Source: Eledone cirrhosa
Taxonomy: Eukaryota
Length of the DNA stretch: 64,000 nucleotides
Reading direction: 5' to 3'
Assembly (NCBI GenBank): GCA_964016885.1
Contig: OZ024741.1
Location: forward strand, 383,966,001-384,030,000
The translations under genes were made by a program, and so were the position numbers. Position 1 is the first letter of the stretch, and the number at the start of each line of letters is the position of its first letter. This document shows, one piece after another, positions 27,703-40,753 of the stretch. The notes under the pieces were generated by a model. That model saw only the letters and a program-made list of their open reading frames with translations, did not search any database and was not told the origin of the DNA.

Positions 27703-29022
27703 TATTCTTTCGTTGTTAAAATTATATACCTAATTCTATAGTTGTTAATACTCAACAACATATATGTTGATACCATCTTTCCATAAAAACAGATTTCACT
27801 TTGCTTCGATGAGATATTCAAATCAACACTACATCCAGTTCTTAAATGGTTATAAATCCTACCTTGATTTGGCAGATCATTTATATATTTATATATGGTT
27901 GGTTATAATGGAGTATTCCACTATTACTTTTGGTTTTTGGTAAGGTGAGAGAAGCTCAATGCAAACCAAAAATCGTCAGCTTCTTAGGCATTCAAAATGG
28001 ACGAAATATTCTTCGATAGTTAAAGTTTTTGTTGTTGAGGACCGTATAGGTAGCAGAGCATTAATATTTAAAATATTTAACACCTTTAATCCATTCTTTA
28101 AATTTTATATACTTTTCTAAAGTTTCTCAAATTCAAATAATAATAGATCCCATATCAAATATTGTATGTAAAGCAAGCATTTAATGCAGAATGTACATGA
28201 AATGATTTTAAGATGCAAAGTTTCAAAATATTACGATTATTGGTTGAGGTAAAAAGCATTATGTCACCATTATTAATAATGTTATTATTATTTCCTATAA
28301 TAGTTAGAAGAATATTTGTTAGTGGTTAGATAAAATAAATAGACAAGAATGTGAAAAGTGAGGAAGGAAAGAAAAAGTATTTAGAGGCACCAATAAGAAT
28401 ATTGTATTTTCTACGCCTGGATGCCCTTCCTGAAACCAACCACGTTTACAGTGTGAACCGGGAAGTTTTTATCGTGTTAACTACATGGCCACATTACAGT
28501 GTGGACTGTGTGTTTTTTTGTCGTGACACCTATACGACCTCATTTATTTAGGACTGGATGTTTTGGTACCAACATAGCTTTACATCGAAAGGGGATATTG
28601 AAAGACACGAGTTGAGATTTCATCGAAGCATTGTGGAATGTGTAGAAAGCAGTTTTCTAAAGAAGGCTACAGCAATGCAAATAGTTCATTAAATATTTAA
28701 AATAGCTATAACACAGGTGTTGAAGTCTTAGCTTGAGAATATATAATTGGTCCTCAATATATTTCGAGGTGAGGAAAATCATTTTGTTAAAAAGAACTAT
28801 AGATATTAAAGCCGCAAAGGCCAATTATATATTTCCAAGGTCACATTTCAACACCTTTGTTATATGAAAGTACAAATAATTATTTCTATATATACATACA
28901 GCAATGCAAATAGAATATATGCGTTCACAGATTGATTTTTTTTAGTTTCAGAAGATCCCGTTAAGGGTGAAAGCAGCGATTCTTTGCTTAAACTTTAACC
29001 TGTTATTTTAATAAATATATAT

Positions 29023-29337
29023 ATATATATATATTATAAAATAACAGGAGGCTGGACTGGTGTAAATCCTTGAAAGGTTTATTATACTATGATCATTTCA
29101 ATGACCGGGTTCAGTATGAATCCGGTGACATCCTTAGGTATTCAAAACATAACAAAGGGATATAACAGATAAAATCCATGGGGCTGAAAATCTGTTATAT
29201 CCCTTTGTTATATTTTGAATACCTGATGATGTCACCGGATTCATACTGAACCCGGACATTGAAATGATCATAGTATAATAAACCTTTCAAGGATTTACAC
29301 CAGTCCAGCCTCCTGTTATTTTATAATATATATATAT
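29023..29337. repeat. fold-back inverted repeat with hammerhead motif at 29219-29276(+)
   Basis: Arms of about 147 bp and a 19-nt loop (29171-29189). ATAC CTGATGA [stem II] GAAA TGATCA TA GTAT. Confidence 0.85.
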
Positions 29338-29734
29338 CAGAATAATACTAAGAGCAAATATGTATATAAGTCCACTGAAAACATGATAAACACACCTTCT
29401 TATGGGGGAAAAATTAGGTCTGAAAATTGGTTACAGGTGTTTATCATTTTTTTCAGTTTACAGAGAAATTTATATTTTTTCTGGCATGATTACATGCCTA
29501 CATATTAGGTATATGTATATTTATATAGACATTAGAGCAGTCTTGGTTACCTACTCTGTATTTATACAGATATAACTTTATCATACACATTGGCTGCTAA
29601 CACACACCTTAATACATATATATATATAATTGTTTCTACTTTAGGCACAAGGCCAGCAATTACCCAGTGCATTACTGGTACTTTATTTTATCGACCCCGT
29701 AAGGATGAAAGGCAAAGTCAACCTCGGCGGGATT

Positions 29735-29865
29735 AAATTCAATATAGAAATGACTTCTACAGGACTAGAACTGCTTCATTCAAAGTAAATCATCAGGAAA
29801 GCCCCGATGATTTCCTTTGTATGAAACAGTTCTCGTCCTGTAGAAGCAATTCCTATATTAAATTT
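29735..29865. repeat. fold-back inverted repeat with degenerate hammerhead-like motif
   Basis: Arms of about 62 bp reading CYGATGA...GAARCAGTTCTMGTC; related hairpin at 16693-16783. Confidence 0.7.
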
Positions 29866-30366
29866 GTTGTATACATTCTACTAATGTATTGAGTACCTTA
29901 CTTACTGTGGTTACCCAAGATTGAATCTATACATATATATATACACATATATATATTTAAACATTTTAAAGTAAACATGCAATATATATATATATTTTGT
30001 TTACTTTAAAATGTTTAGATACTTCTTTTTATATGCATTCACCAAATGCTATATGCTCCAATAATACTGTATTATAATACAAATAATATATGCATTCTCT
30101 ACATATCACATATTCTAGATACCCTACCATGCTATATCATATATACTATTCTATGCAACACTGTATTATATTCCTAATACTATAAGCATTCTTCATAGTT
30201 TTGAATAGAAAACACTGAATGGTTCATTATTTAGCACAGCTTCTACATTTTCACATTATTTTGAAGTCATTATTATTTAAGGTTGCTATATATAAGCAAC
30301 AGTCGCCTATTTAGAAATGAAACTGCGATTAAAAAAATTAACCGATGCATAATTGCCTTTAGAAGT

Positions 30367-30419
<53 letters not shown>

Positions 30420-31465
30420 TTACTACCTAACTTCAGTATGACTTTTTCATATCAAATACTTCATAAATTGGATTATCATTTCCTCGTTTTTATGTACATA
30501 GATCTAAGTTGTCAATACATATTCTAAGATAGTAGGGTTATATATGATTGTTTATGTATATATTTATATATATATTACATATATATATGCATATATATAT
30601 ATATATATATAGATATATGTATATATGTGTGTGTATATATATACATGTGCATATATACATATATATATTCAGTTATATACTTAATTGCTTGTTTATGCAT
30701 ATAAAGCACATCAAATATTAATTACAATGTACTCGGTGTAACCATAGAGACTAAATGTGAATAACTTCAAAGGATCAAAGAAGAGAAATTCTCAAATATT
30801 CTATTTGATACACCACTATATGGCTTCACATTCAGCTCCCTCCTCCCTACCCACTATGCAAGTGATGGCATAAGCTTGTATCTTTGTTAAAGTAATGGAA
30901 TGAAGCAATACTACTCTGAAATCGACCCATGCAGTCAGTCTGTTCAATGTGGTGGCTGTGTTATGGGAGGGGGTTTACATACATACATATATATACATGG
31001 CAGATAATTTGGCTTCTGTGCACATCAGAAATGGTGTGATTGGCAATTCAGTTCTAGATGCATTTGCATGTGAATGACAGCTGGTCAGCGATTGAAAAAA
31101 AAAAAGCAGACTGTTCCTTAAAGCTACTGCATTTTCTGTCGCAAGAAAACTTAAGCTGCAACTGAAGACGTTTGGTGTGAACAAATACCCCCTATATGCA
31201 TGCTGCTTTTATTTTGGATTTCCTATAGATGAAAGATGCACTCTCTCAGATGCATGAACACTACTCATAGCACTCAAACCTGAGACTTGTAAAGGGTAAG
31301 ATGCTGCTAAGAGTTGACATAATGTCTTGTTTTTCATAGAGAAGATTTTTTCCCTCCTAATGCAATTCTTTTTAAGTGGTTGCATTAAACTTGAATTAGT
31401 TCCAAATATAATATATTTCATTTATATACCTTGGTTATTGATGCATATATGTTCCAATATCATGC

Positions 31466-31565
<100 letters not shown>

Positions 31566-32149
31566 ATATATATATATATACATGTATATATATATATATA
31601 TACATGTATATATATATATACATGTATATACATATATATATATACATGTATATATATACATGTATATATACATGTATATAATGTAGAAGAGTGTTTCAAT
31701 TGTTCGAAGATAGACAACAAACAACATTTTCGTAAATAGTTCTTTTAAAAAGTATTTTTAATATCAGATGTTTCTGACATCTACAAAAAAATGTGTATTG
31801 TATTAGAATACATTAACTGTGAGGTGTTTAAAAAATATTCCCACTTTGATATGGATCGTTGAAAATTTATCAGTATTTTTACTTTTAACATGTCTTCCTG
31901 ACTTTTTTTTCTCATATATTTTTTTCACAACCTCCAAAACAAAAGTTAAGTTCAAGTGATTCTAAACACTGGTCAATAATAAGGCAATTCTATATAATTT
32001 AAAGAAGAATACTTTCAAAGAGTCAATCTGGTGAAAAAAAAATGTTGTTTGTATGATTATATAGAAAAAGTTATACACTCACTTGAAATCTTTTTCAATT
32101 GCTCTCATCTCTCATTTGTGTGTGCATAGATCTATCTCATGTATGTATG

Positions 32150-32180
<31 letters not shown>

Positions 32181-32529
32181 AGTACCTTATATATATATGT
32201 GTGTGTGTTTATGTATTTGTTTTGCAAGAATCTTGATGTGAAATCGAGTGTTGAAACAGATATTGTTATATTTGGAGATAGTCATGTTGCTACAATTCAC
32301 AATAAAATCACATGCACTATTCAATTTTCATTTCAGCTTTACTATTAGTTATTAGTTTGTCAAAGCTCTTTTGTAACAAGACTGAGTAAACAGAATAAGA
32401 GAAAGAGGAGGCCACAGAATGTTTGATAAACTAATAAATAACAGAGCTGAAGTGAAAATAAAATAGTGTGTGTGTTCTTTTGGCAATTTTGGCAACAAGA
32501 CTATCCTCAAATATAAATATATATACTGT

Positions 32530-32589
<60 letters not shown>

Positions 32590-32806
32590 TTTATGTCTAT
32601 TCTATGTTATTGATAAATGCTTTATTTTACTGGATATCAACTGGTAAGTATAATTTCTCTGCTGCTGTATAACTTTTATATATGCCCTTGAGTGAGTGTG
32701 TGTGTGAGTGAGGGAATGACTGTGTGTGTTAGCATTAAATGCCTACAACTGTATTTAAACTTGCTTCTTAATCATAGTTATTTTTCCTTACTATTATTGC
32801 TAACAG

Positions 32807-33181
32807 AGGATATTGGTGAGCTTGTGTTAACAGTTGGTTCTACAGAAATCACTACCAAAAATTCAGGACAGAGGGTAAATATTCCTGAGATAGGTCAGAA
32901 ATTTGTCTGCAGAACAAAAGGAAGCAACCCCAAACCAATAATTCATTTTTATTTGGATGGTAAGGATATGAAAAATAAGTGGGACCTGGCAGACATATCC
33001 AGCTATGTTAGAGTTGCATCTGGTGCCAAAACTGGCGTAAGATCTCACTCCAGCGAGCTGGTGGCTGAAGGTAAAGTTCTCATTCCGAAATCCAACAAAG
33101 TTAGGAGTCTGTCCTGTACAGCTGAAATGGAGGGAAGTGCCTTTAAAGTGAAAACTGTTACTGCCAATATTTCTTTTGCTT
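32807..33181 (+). CDS. Ig protein exon (Ig2, C2-set/CD80-like)
   Basis: taacag acceptor, gtaagt donor at 33182, phase 1-1. QDIGELVLTVG...KFVCRTKGSNPKPIIHFYLDG...RSLSCTAEMEG...ANISFA. Confidence 0.9.
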
Positions 33182-33353
33182 GTAAGTTTATTTTTCCTTT
33201 CTTTCTTCAGATTAATATTTATGATAATGAAATGTATTAATTCCTTCAATACCATATTTCTAATGAGTGACTACAATTTTCAAATCATTTTGAAAATAAT
33301 CATGAATTTGGAGTCATTTTTTGATATAATGTTTTTCAATATTTAGCTGGTGT

Positions 33354-33582
33354 TTAACCCTTTAGCATTTACATTACTCTATATTTACTATTGTATTTTC
33401 CTGGCAAAGGTTTTATCTTACATAATTATCTCACATAATATCGAATTTACGAGATTTTGATATTATTCATTTTGAGAACAATACCTTAACATAAGTATGA
33501 GCAACTGATTTTGCCCAGTTTGAACAGAAAGAGGTGAAAGAATTCTGGCTGGATACGGCTGGTTTAAATGCTAAAGAGTGAA
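33354..33582. mobile_element. piggyBac-like MITE
   Basis: TTAA|CCCTTTAGCATTTA ... TAAATGCTAAAGAG|TGAA. Confidence 0.7.
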
Positions 33583-36454
33583 GGCATAATTTAACAAACG
33601 TTCTCAAATAAAATTTAGATAAATGAAAACACATTGAAAAAAGCAACTTACTATCATAAAAACAGGGTGATTTTATATTAAGGAGGTTTATGTTATCAAG
33701 TTGTTTCATATACATTTTGGTTGGAACTGTATTTCAGTTAATTCCACCAGGTATTAGTATTTTTCTCCAAAGTTTGTAACATCTGTCAGTAACAAAATAG
33801 TCTTGTTCTGGTTTAATGACAAACTTAAATGACACTTTTAATTGAAATACATAAATTCATTTTGGTGTGATAGACTTAATCCAACTCAAGATGTAGCACC
33901 ACTTGGGACTTGGGTGCCTTTAGTGTGCACTTTTATGTTGCAAGCATTTGAGCCTGGTTGTCAGCCAAGCATTTGAGCCACTTCTTCTCACAAGTATTGG
34001 AGGCCATGAAAAAGGTGATGGGTGTCTCACCAAATCATGTCAAATAATAGCAAAAAGCTTTATTTTTTTCATTGAAGAAAAATGGAATATTAGAAAACCT
34101 ACATTCATACAAGCTTACCCAGAAAAATGTTTTGAATGTATGTATGTATCCATGTATGGGAAAGACATTTTAAATAGATATGGTAATTAATCTTGTCACA
34201 TGAGCTTAGAACACATGGCATAAGTACAGGCATAACTGTTGTTCACAGGTTCACTTCAGAACCACAGGCTTTTAGGTTTAGTTCCACTGCATGGTACCTT
34301 GATCAAATGTCTCATACTACAGCCTTGGACCAACCAATCTCTTTTAAGTGAAATTAGTAGATGGAAATTGTTAGGAAGCGCATGTACATGTGTGTGTATC
34401 TGTATGTATATCTCTTTGTGTGTGCGTGTGTCAGTTTCCACAAATATCTTCATAACAATCATGGCAAAGTGAACATAAAAATGATTATGATGATGATAAT
34501 ATCTTGAGTTTCACAGTCTTTAGAATACTCTAACACATTTATCTTTGTGTGTGTAATCCAAAGTGAAGTAAGGCAATATGGACACCAATATAGTTGCAGG
34601 TGGGGCAAAGAAAATGTCATTATTTGATATCTAATTACATTAAAATTCCCTCTCTTTTATTGATATTTTAGATGGAAGTATATTTTAACCAGTTCATATA
34701 TAGCATATATCTCTGATTACCAGCTACATAGTGGGTGGTTCACATAATGCTTACAAAAATGAGTAGATCAAATATAGCCTACAGATCAAATGTGACCCAC
34801 AACTTCATTTTATAAGGCCTGCAAATGTCATTGATTATATCACATTTCGTACAACATTTTTTATGACACTTATCAATTTTTGGTTAGCCAACAATAAAAC
34901 TTGTAATTAAAAAAATCTAATTTTTCAGAGGCCTCAAATGAGTTTTATATTAATACAAAAAAAGTGAAATTAATTTTCTTGGTAAAAAATAAAACTTTGC
35001 CCATGTGCAATAGCAAACGCTTTTACTTTCCTAAATGAATAGTGTAACAGACTAACAGCATCTGATATGTGTCCACAATAAAGTTTACATGAATCATCAT
35101 TTCTGAGAATGGAAGAAGTGACGAATATATTTTATTGTGATAGCTTTATTTTTTATTTACCTTAGACCACAAGACAAAAAACATTTTCAATACCACTCAC
35201 TTTCAAAAGCATTTGCTGCCCTCAGGTCTAATCCACTTACATCTAAACTAGGAATTACTTTTCAGTTCTAAATTCAACTCTTCCCAATGGTTTCCGTTAG
35301 ACTGACTACATCTATGCAGCATGGCAGAATGATTAAAAAGTTCATTTCACAATTATTAAGTCCTGGGTTTGATCTAACTTTGTGGCATTTGGGCAAGTGT
35401 CATTTACCATAGCATTGATTGACCCATGCCGTGTGAATGAAACTGGGTAAATGAAAACTAATTTGAAACCCATTGGATGGACTATACTTGAAATTCAAAG
35501 GGCCAACATTATCATACACTGTGCCACAATGAATTACCATCATCATCATCATCATCACCGTTTTACGTCCATTCTTCCATGCTAACATGGGTTAGATGGA
35601 TTGTCTTGTTGTGAACAATGCCTGATCAGGTGACCATGTCTTGCTCATACAGAACTGATTCTGGCTTCATTTCTACAGCTTGATGCCCTTCCTAACACGA
35701 ACTTCATTTACAGTGAGTACTGGGTGCTTTTTACCACGGGTACACATGTCTGCAGAATACTTAACATCTTACATGTTAAAATCATGAACAGTCTGTTTTT
35801 GTTAATGGGACAATTGGGACACTCATCTTTGTTGAAATGAACATGCCACATCGACTATCAACGTATACAATATATGAATGTTAAAATGCAAATGCTACAT
35901 TTCTAACCCTTGTGCCTTTCATTTCTTCTTCTGTCAATCATGTTTCAAAGGCTTCAATAGCTACATATAATCTATGCTATTACGAATTTCACACCAGAGA
36001 TTTTTTGGACAACATGAAATTATAATGGAAGTTCCTGAATAACATAAACAGCTATTGGTATTCTGTAGCTATTATTTTCCAAAATATAAAACATTCGAAA
36101 TGTCAGTCTACTGTATTTCTATAAAGCAGTCATTTTAGTCACGATTACTAATGCAGAGATTTTATTTCCAGGAAGCTTTCACTCAAACACTCAATAATTA
36201 CAACTTTTTGAAAAATTTTATAGAAAAATATTGTCAATTCATGGATTTGGGGATACTTATTTAATTTAGCAGTTAACTTCCTCTAATTTCTATTCCCATT
36301 ATGCCTTTTCTTTGGAAGAATTGCCTTTGGATATTTCATGTTTTGAACATCAAAAATTCAGAATCTGAAAAAAAAAAAATACTTAAAAATATTTTTTTAT
36401 TTAATTTTTTTAAATCAGAAATTAATTAGAGCTAGGGTATATAGAGCTGCAGTG

Positions 36455-36502
<48 letters not shown>

Positions 36503-36503
<1 letters not shown>

Positions 36504-37120
36504 ATCATCATCCTCATCATCATTTTATATCCGCTTTTCCCTGCTTGCAAGGGTGGGACGAGTCCTATTCAGCACAGCATCTCTCCATTTGTCACAGTCC
36601 TTTGTCATCTCCCCTGTGAGCTTCAGCGATCTGAAGTCTGCTCGCACCACCTCCGCCCATGTTTTTTATGGTTTTCCTCTACTGCGTCTTCCTTCTACTG
36701 GGATTTCTTGGCACTTCTTTACTCAGCGGTCATCCTCCATGCACATCACATATCCATACCATCTCAGTCTTCTCTCCTGCATGCCACAACTTATCCCTCT
36801 TATATCCAGTTTCTCTTTCAACTCATCTATGCTTGGTCGTCACACACATTGACATTGCACGTCCAACAGAGCATGCTTGCTTCATTTCTCTCCAGCCATT
36901 GCATACCCTCTGTAGTTGCTGTCCATGTCCCACTACCATGCAGCATCGTACATCTCACACAGGCATCATATAACCGGCCTTTCGTACGCAGGGAGAAACC
37001 CTTTTTTGTCAACAGAGGAAGCAGCTCCCTAAACTTCTTCCAACCTGTCCTTATTCTAGATACTATGGCCTCCCATGCTAATCTGATCACCTAGGTACAG
37101 GAAGCTATCAACCACTTCTA
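36503..37120 (-). mobile_element. RTE LINE 3' fragment (family 2)
   Basis: RIRTGWKKFRELLPLL...MLHGSGTW; very short 3' end ...cccacccttgcaagcagggaaaagcgga-(GAT)n. Confidence 0.85.
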
Positions 37121-37720
37121 TGTATACATATATATATATAAGTGGAAGCTTAGTAAAATCGAAGGTTTGGCTGCATCCAAGCAAAATCGACCTACAATTA
37201 GGAATGAGTAGCAAAGCACTCAATAAAGGTAGGACCTCAGAGTAATAGCATTACGCTTGGATAGCTTGACAAATTGAAAATTGTGGCAGGCAAAACCCAG
37301 CCATACAATACCAAAACAATGAAAAAACTAATCAGGTTAGACAACAGACCTGGACAAATTGAACGATATTCTGCAATATGTCCAATATGTTTCTATGAAA
37401 TCCGAAATCATCAATTCTACTTACGTAACACGTAAGTTGTGGTATTCTATGATTGAACAGGGGATTCACGTCATCGACAGGTATTTCAATCTAGGCCTCA
37501 AACCGGTGTGAACTGCAACTCAATGTGACTGCTACAATAGACAGCTTTCAGTCATTTAGTTGTCATGTGTTATTTCCAACAAGGGAAGTAACCCCTGGTT
37601 TTTAGCAGGTAAATTCAAAGTGTTAACAAAGGAAAATAATTCCACTCAACGTTCCAAATAAAAGCTCTCAACTAGATGTTATTAAACAAACCTAAATAAT
37701 AAACCATATATATATATAAT

Positions 37721-38056
37721 GGAGGCACATGGCTTAGTGGTTAGAGCATTGACCTTGCAATCGAAAGGTTGTGAGTTCAATTCTCAGACCGGGTGATGTG
37801 TTGTTTCCTTGAGCAAGACACTTTATTTCACATTGCTCCAGTTTACTCAGCTGTAGAAATGAGATGATAGGGACTGGGGTCCATATCATTCCACTGCAAA
37901 GTGGTCGTGGAGGTGCCACGGCAAAAAAGCACCCACCACTCACTGTAAATGAGGTTGGTGTTAGGAAGGGCATCCAGCTGTAAAAATTAAGCCAGAATCA
38001 GTTCCCGTCCCACCCTTGCAATCAGGGAAAAGCAGACATAAAATGATGATGATGAT
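37721..38056 (+). mobile_element. tRNA-derived SINE family 2 with RTE-derived tail
   Basis: A box TGGCTTAGTGG, B box GAGTTCAATTC, central CCTTGAGCAAGACACTT, 3' half matching RTE 3' ends, (GAT)n tail. Confidence 0.85.
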
Positions 38057-38164
38057 ATATATATATACTTTGTTTGTATTTGAAGTGTATAAATATGATT
38101 GTTTACATTTGAAAGCATTATTTGGTTCACTTCCAGAAAATATAAAATGCTATTATTTCAGTTT

Positions 38165-39680
38165 TGCTGGCAACAAGCAAGGTCACTGCAACCACATTTG
38201 TCCAGCAAAGTGACCCACTCAGCCAGCTCTTCTTTGCATTGGTTGTTGATGACATTGCCAACTCAGTTTGCTCATCCTTCAATGTATGGTACCTGGATAA
38301 TGCAACTCTAGGGGGAATGGTTGGGTCTTTCATCAATGACCTTCAGCAAGTGATCGCAGTCTTATTGCTCCTTAGACTTAAGATCAGCTCATCCAAGTCC
38401 AATGTGTTAAATCTGAATTATGATGAAACTGAATTTCAAAAGGCCACACTCAGTATCCATCCTATTTTGACTAGGGCATGGCTAACACTGAAAGATGATG
38501 TACACATTCTCAGCTCTCCTCTCCAATCTTCTTGAAAGCCATAGGAAAGAGCCTAAAGACCAAGTAGACTGAACCAACAAAAATGAAGAGATATTGTGCC
38601 TCATTGTTGCGCACATGGTGCTTTCCTTGTGAGGAACTATTTCACACTGACCAAACTCATCCTTATGCTGTGGGGTGCACCTTGTCCCTGTAACACACAA
38701 TCACACAGATCACTTTGTCAAGCTCAATACCACCATCTGACACTGTGCTGAATTCATCTGCAATATTAATTTTGACAGCACCTACTGGCAACTAACGAGA
38801 CTTCCTGTGAAATTCAGTGGCCTTGACCTCCAAGTTACTTTTGACCTAGCACAAGCAGTCTACCTATCCTCAATCACCTCCAGTTGCCAGTTGCGCCCTT
38901 ATCTGTGAGGTCTTCTGCAAAACAACAGAAGCAGATGTGGACCAGGAACTGGAGTCAGCTCTATCTGATTGGATCAACGAAGGCTTCACTATGTCCCAGT
39001 TTGCAGATGCCCAATGCAACCGGGACAATATGAAGTGCTGGTTAACCTTCAAGTGGATCAAGTCATCTTTAGACCAACACCATCTCAACTGCCTCCATTC
39101 TGCCTCACAGCCAAATAGTAGCACATGGCTCAATTCAGTGACCTCCTCATCAACTAGAACCCTTCTTGTTGATGGATGCACTTCTATCAGAGTAGCACCT
39201 CAGCCTCCACATGTGTGAGCTGCACAAATGCCATTGTGGGGCCGTTGTTGATGAGTTTCATCTGCAGCCACTATCCCGCTGCCATAACACAGCTCACTTC
39301 CCTCGACATACTGCTCTGAACAACATAAACAGAAAGAGTCTTGATGCAGCCAGCTTCTTGTCATAACTGTAGCCATCTGGACTCGACCACAGTGATGGTA
39401 AACACCCAGATGAGATAACTCTCTTTCCATTCAAGGGTGATAAATCCCTAATCTGTCTCCAACCTTGTAACTTCGGCCACAAACCCAGGTACCACTGCCT
39501 GCAGTGTAGAGGAGAGGACGATAAACAATTACCAAGTCCTTGACTGGTGTTCTCAGTCTCCAAATTTCTGTTTTCCTTTGCAAAATCAGGAAGTTGCAAC
39601 CAACTAAGGAAGGAGCTACTGTGAGTATCACTAGCCACATTCTGCAGCAATGCCTTCATTATTTTGTCGGGGGAGGGGGG
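38165..39680 (+). mobile_element. decayed CRE-like non-LTR retrotransposon (RT + restriction-like endonuclease)
   Basis: QQSDPLSQLFFAL and NVWYLDNATLGG (RT), RLPVKFSGL, TWLNSV, and DGKHPDEITLFPF (RPDG-type RLE motif). Confidence 0.72.
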
Positions 39681-40583
39681 AGGGGGTCAACTGAAGCATG
39701 TCACTCCAGCTGGGGTGTGCAGTCAATCACTTCATCTCCATTTTCCCTTCTTCCATTGCTTAATTTCTCTTTTCTTTTTCTTTTTTATTTTCTCTATCTT
39801 TTTTCCTTTCAATTTTTATTATATAAACTATACTATCTTATATAATTACTTAAGGGTGAAAACATAATTTACAAATGTAAACAAAATGTATTTATCCTTC
39901 AGATGATATATTCATAGCCAAAAGAGAAATTCTGTAGCTGTAAATTGCCTAAACTTAATAAAAAGACAATTTATTTAAATTCTTTTAAATTAAAAAAAAT
40001 GCTTTTGCAGAGTCTGCATCTGTTATTCAAAACTTACAAATCTGAAAATAGTGTTTTCTTCTTTAAATGGGCACAATGAAAACCATAGAATGAGTTTAAA
40101 ATATATACTGTTTTGTGTAGTGCCCAATAGAATTAAGAAGTAAAGCCTTTTCAAGGTTGCACTACAAAAGGTTTACATTTTTAAAGTTTCTCACAAATTA
40201 AAACTCCTTTTTGTTCAAAGCAAATTTAGGAACAGATATTTTTAGGTGGTACCTAAAACTATAAAGTATCCTCACTCTGCTCATTCCCAGCTTACTATCT
40301 GAAATGACAATAATGCTTTTAAACTGTGCAAAGATATAGTATAAACTGTGCAAAGGTATTTTACATTGTCTTAGAAACCACATCAAAATATAAAACATAT
40401 GAGAAAGAATCGGTTACTGATCTGTCTCAAAGACAAACATAAAATGATGATGGTGGTAATGGTGATGATGATGATGGTGTTATTGTCTTAGATTTTGTTT
40501 AATTTCCACCATATATGCAATCTGTTATTACCTGTATTTCTCTTCCCTTGGTTTAATATAAATCTTTATTTTAAACATTGCAG

Positions 40584-40753
40584 TTGATCCACAATTCACT
40601 TGTAATAACAAATCAGCAATTTTAAATGATCGTCATGTAACATTAGAATGTGAAATTGAGGCCAATCCACCAATCAAAAAGCATGTTTGGAGATATGGAG
40701 ATATTTCAGGATTAAACAATGAAACTGTTGTTGAATATAGTCAAACACATGAG
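40584..40753 (+). CDS. Ig protein exon (Ig3 N-half)
   Basis: ttgcag acceptor, gtaagc donor, phase 1-0. FDPQFTCNNKSAILNDRHVTLECEIEANPPIKKHVWRYG...SQTHE contains the typical LxCxxxANP...W pattern. Confidence 0.88.

Noticed and set aside
28945-28985. CAGAAGA TCCC-GTTAA-GGGT GAAA hammerhead-like motif
   Set aside because: Core U4 is mutated and no clear stem III or cleavage triplet is present; at best a decayed copy.
37721-37795. tRNA gene
   Set aside because: A and B boxes are present, but the acceptor stem is poor and it runs into a repeated SINE body, so it is a SINE head.
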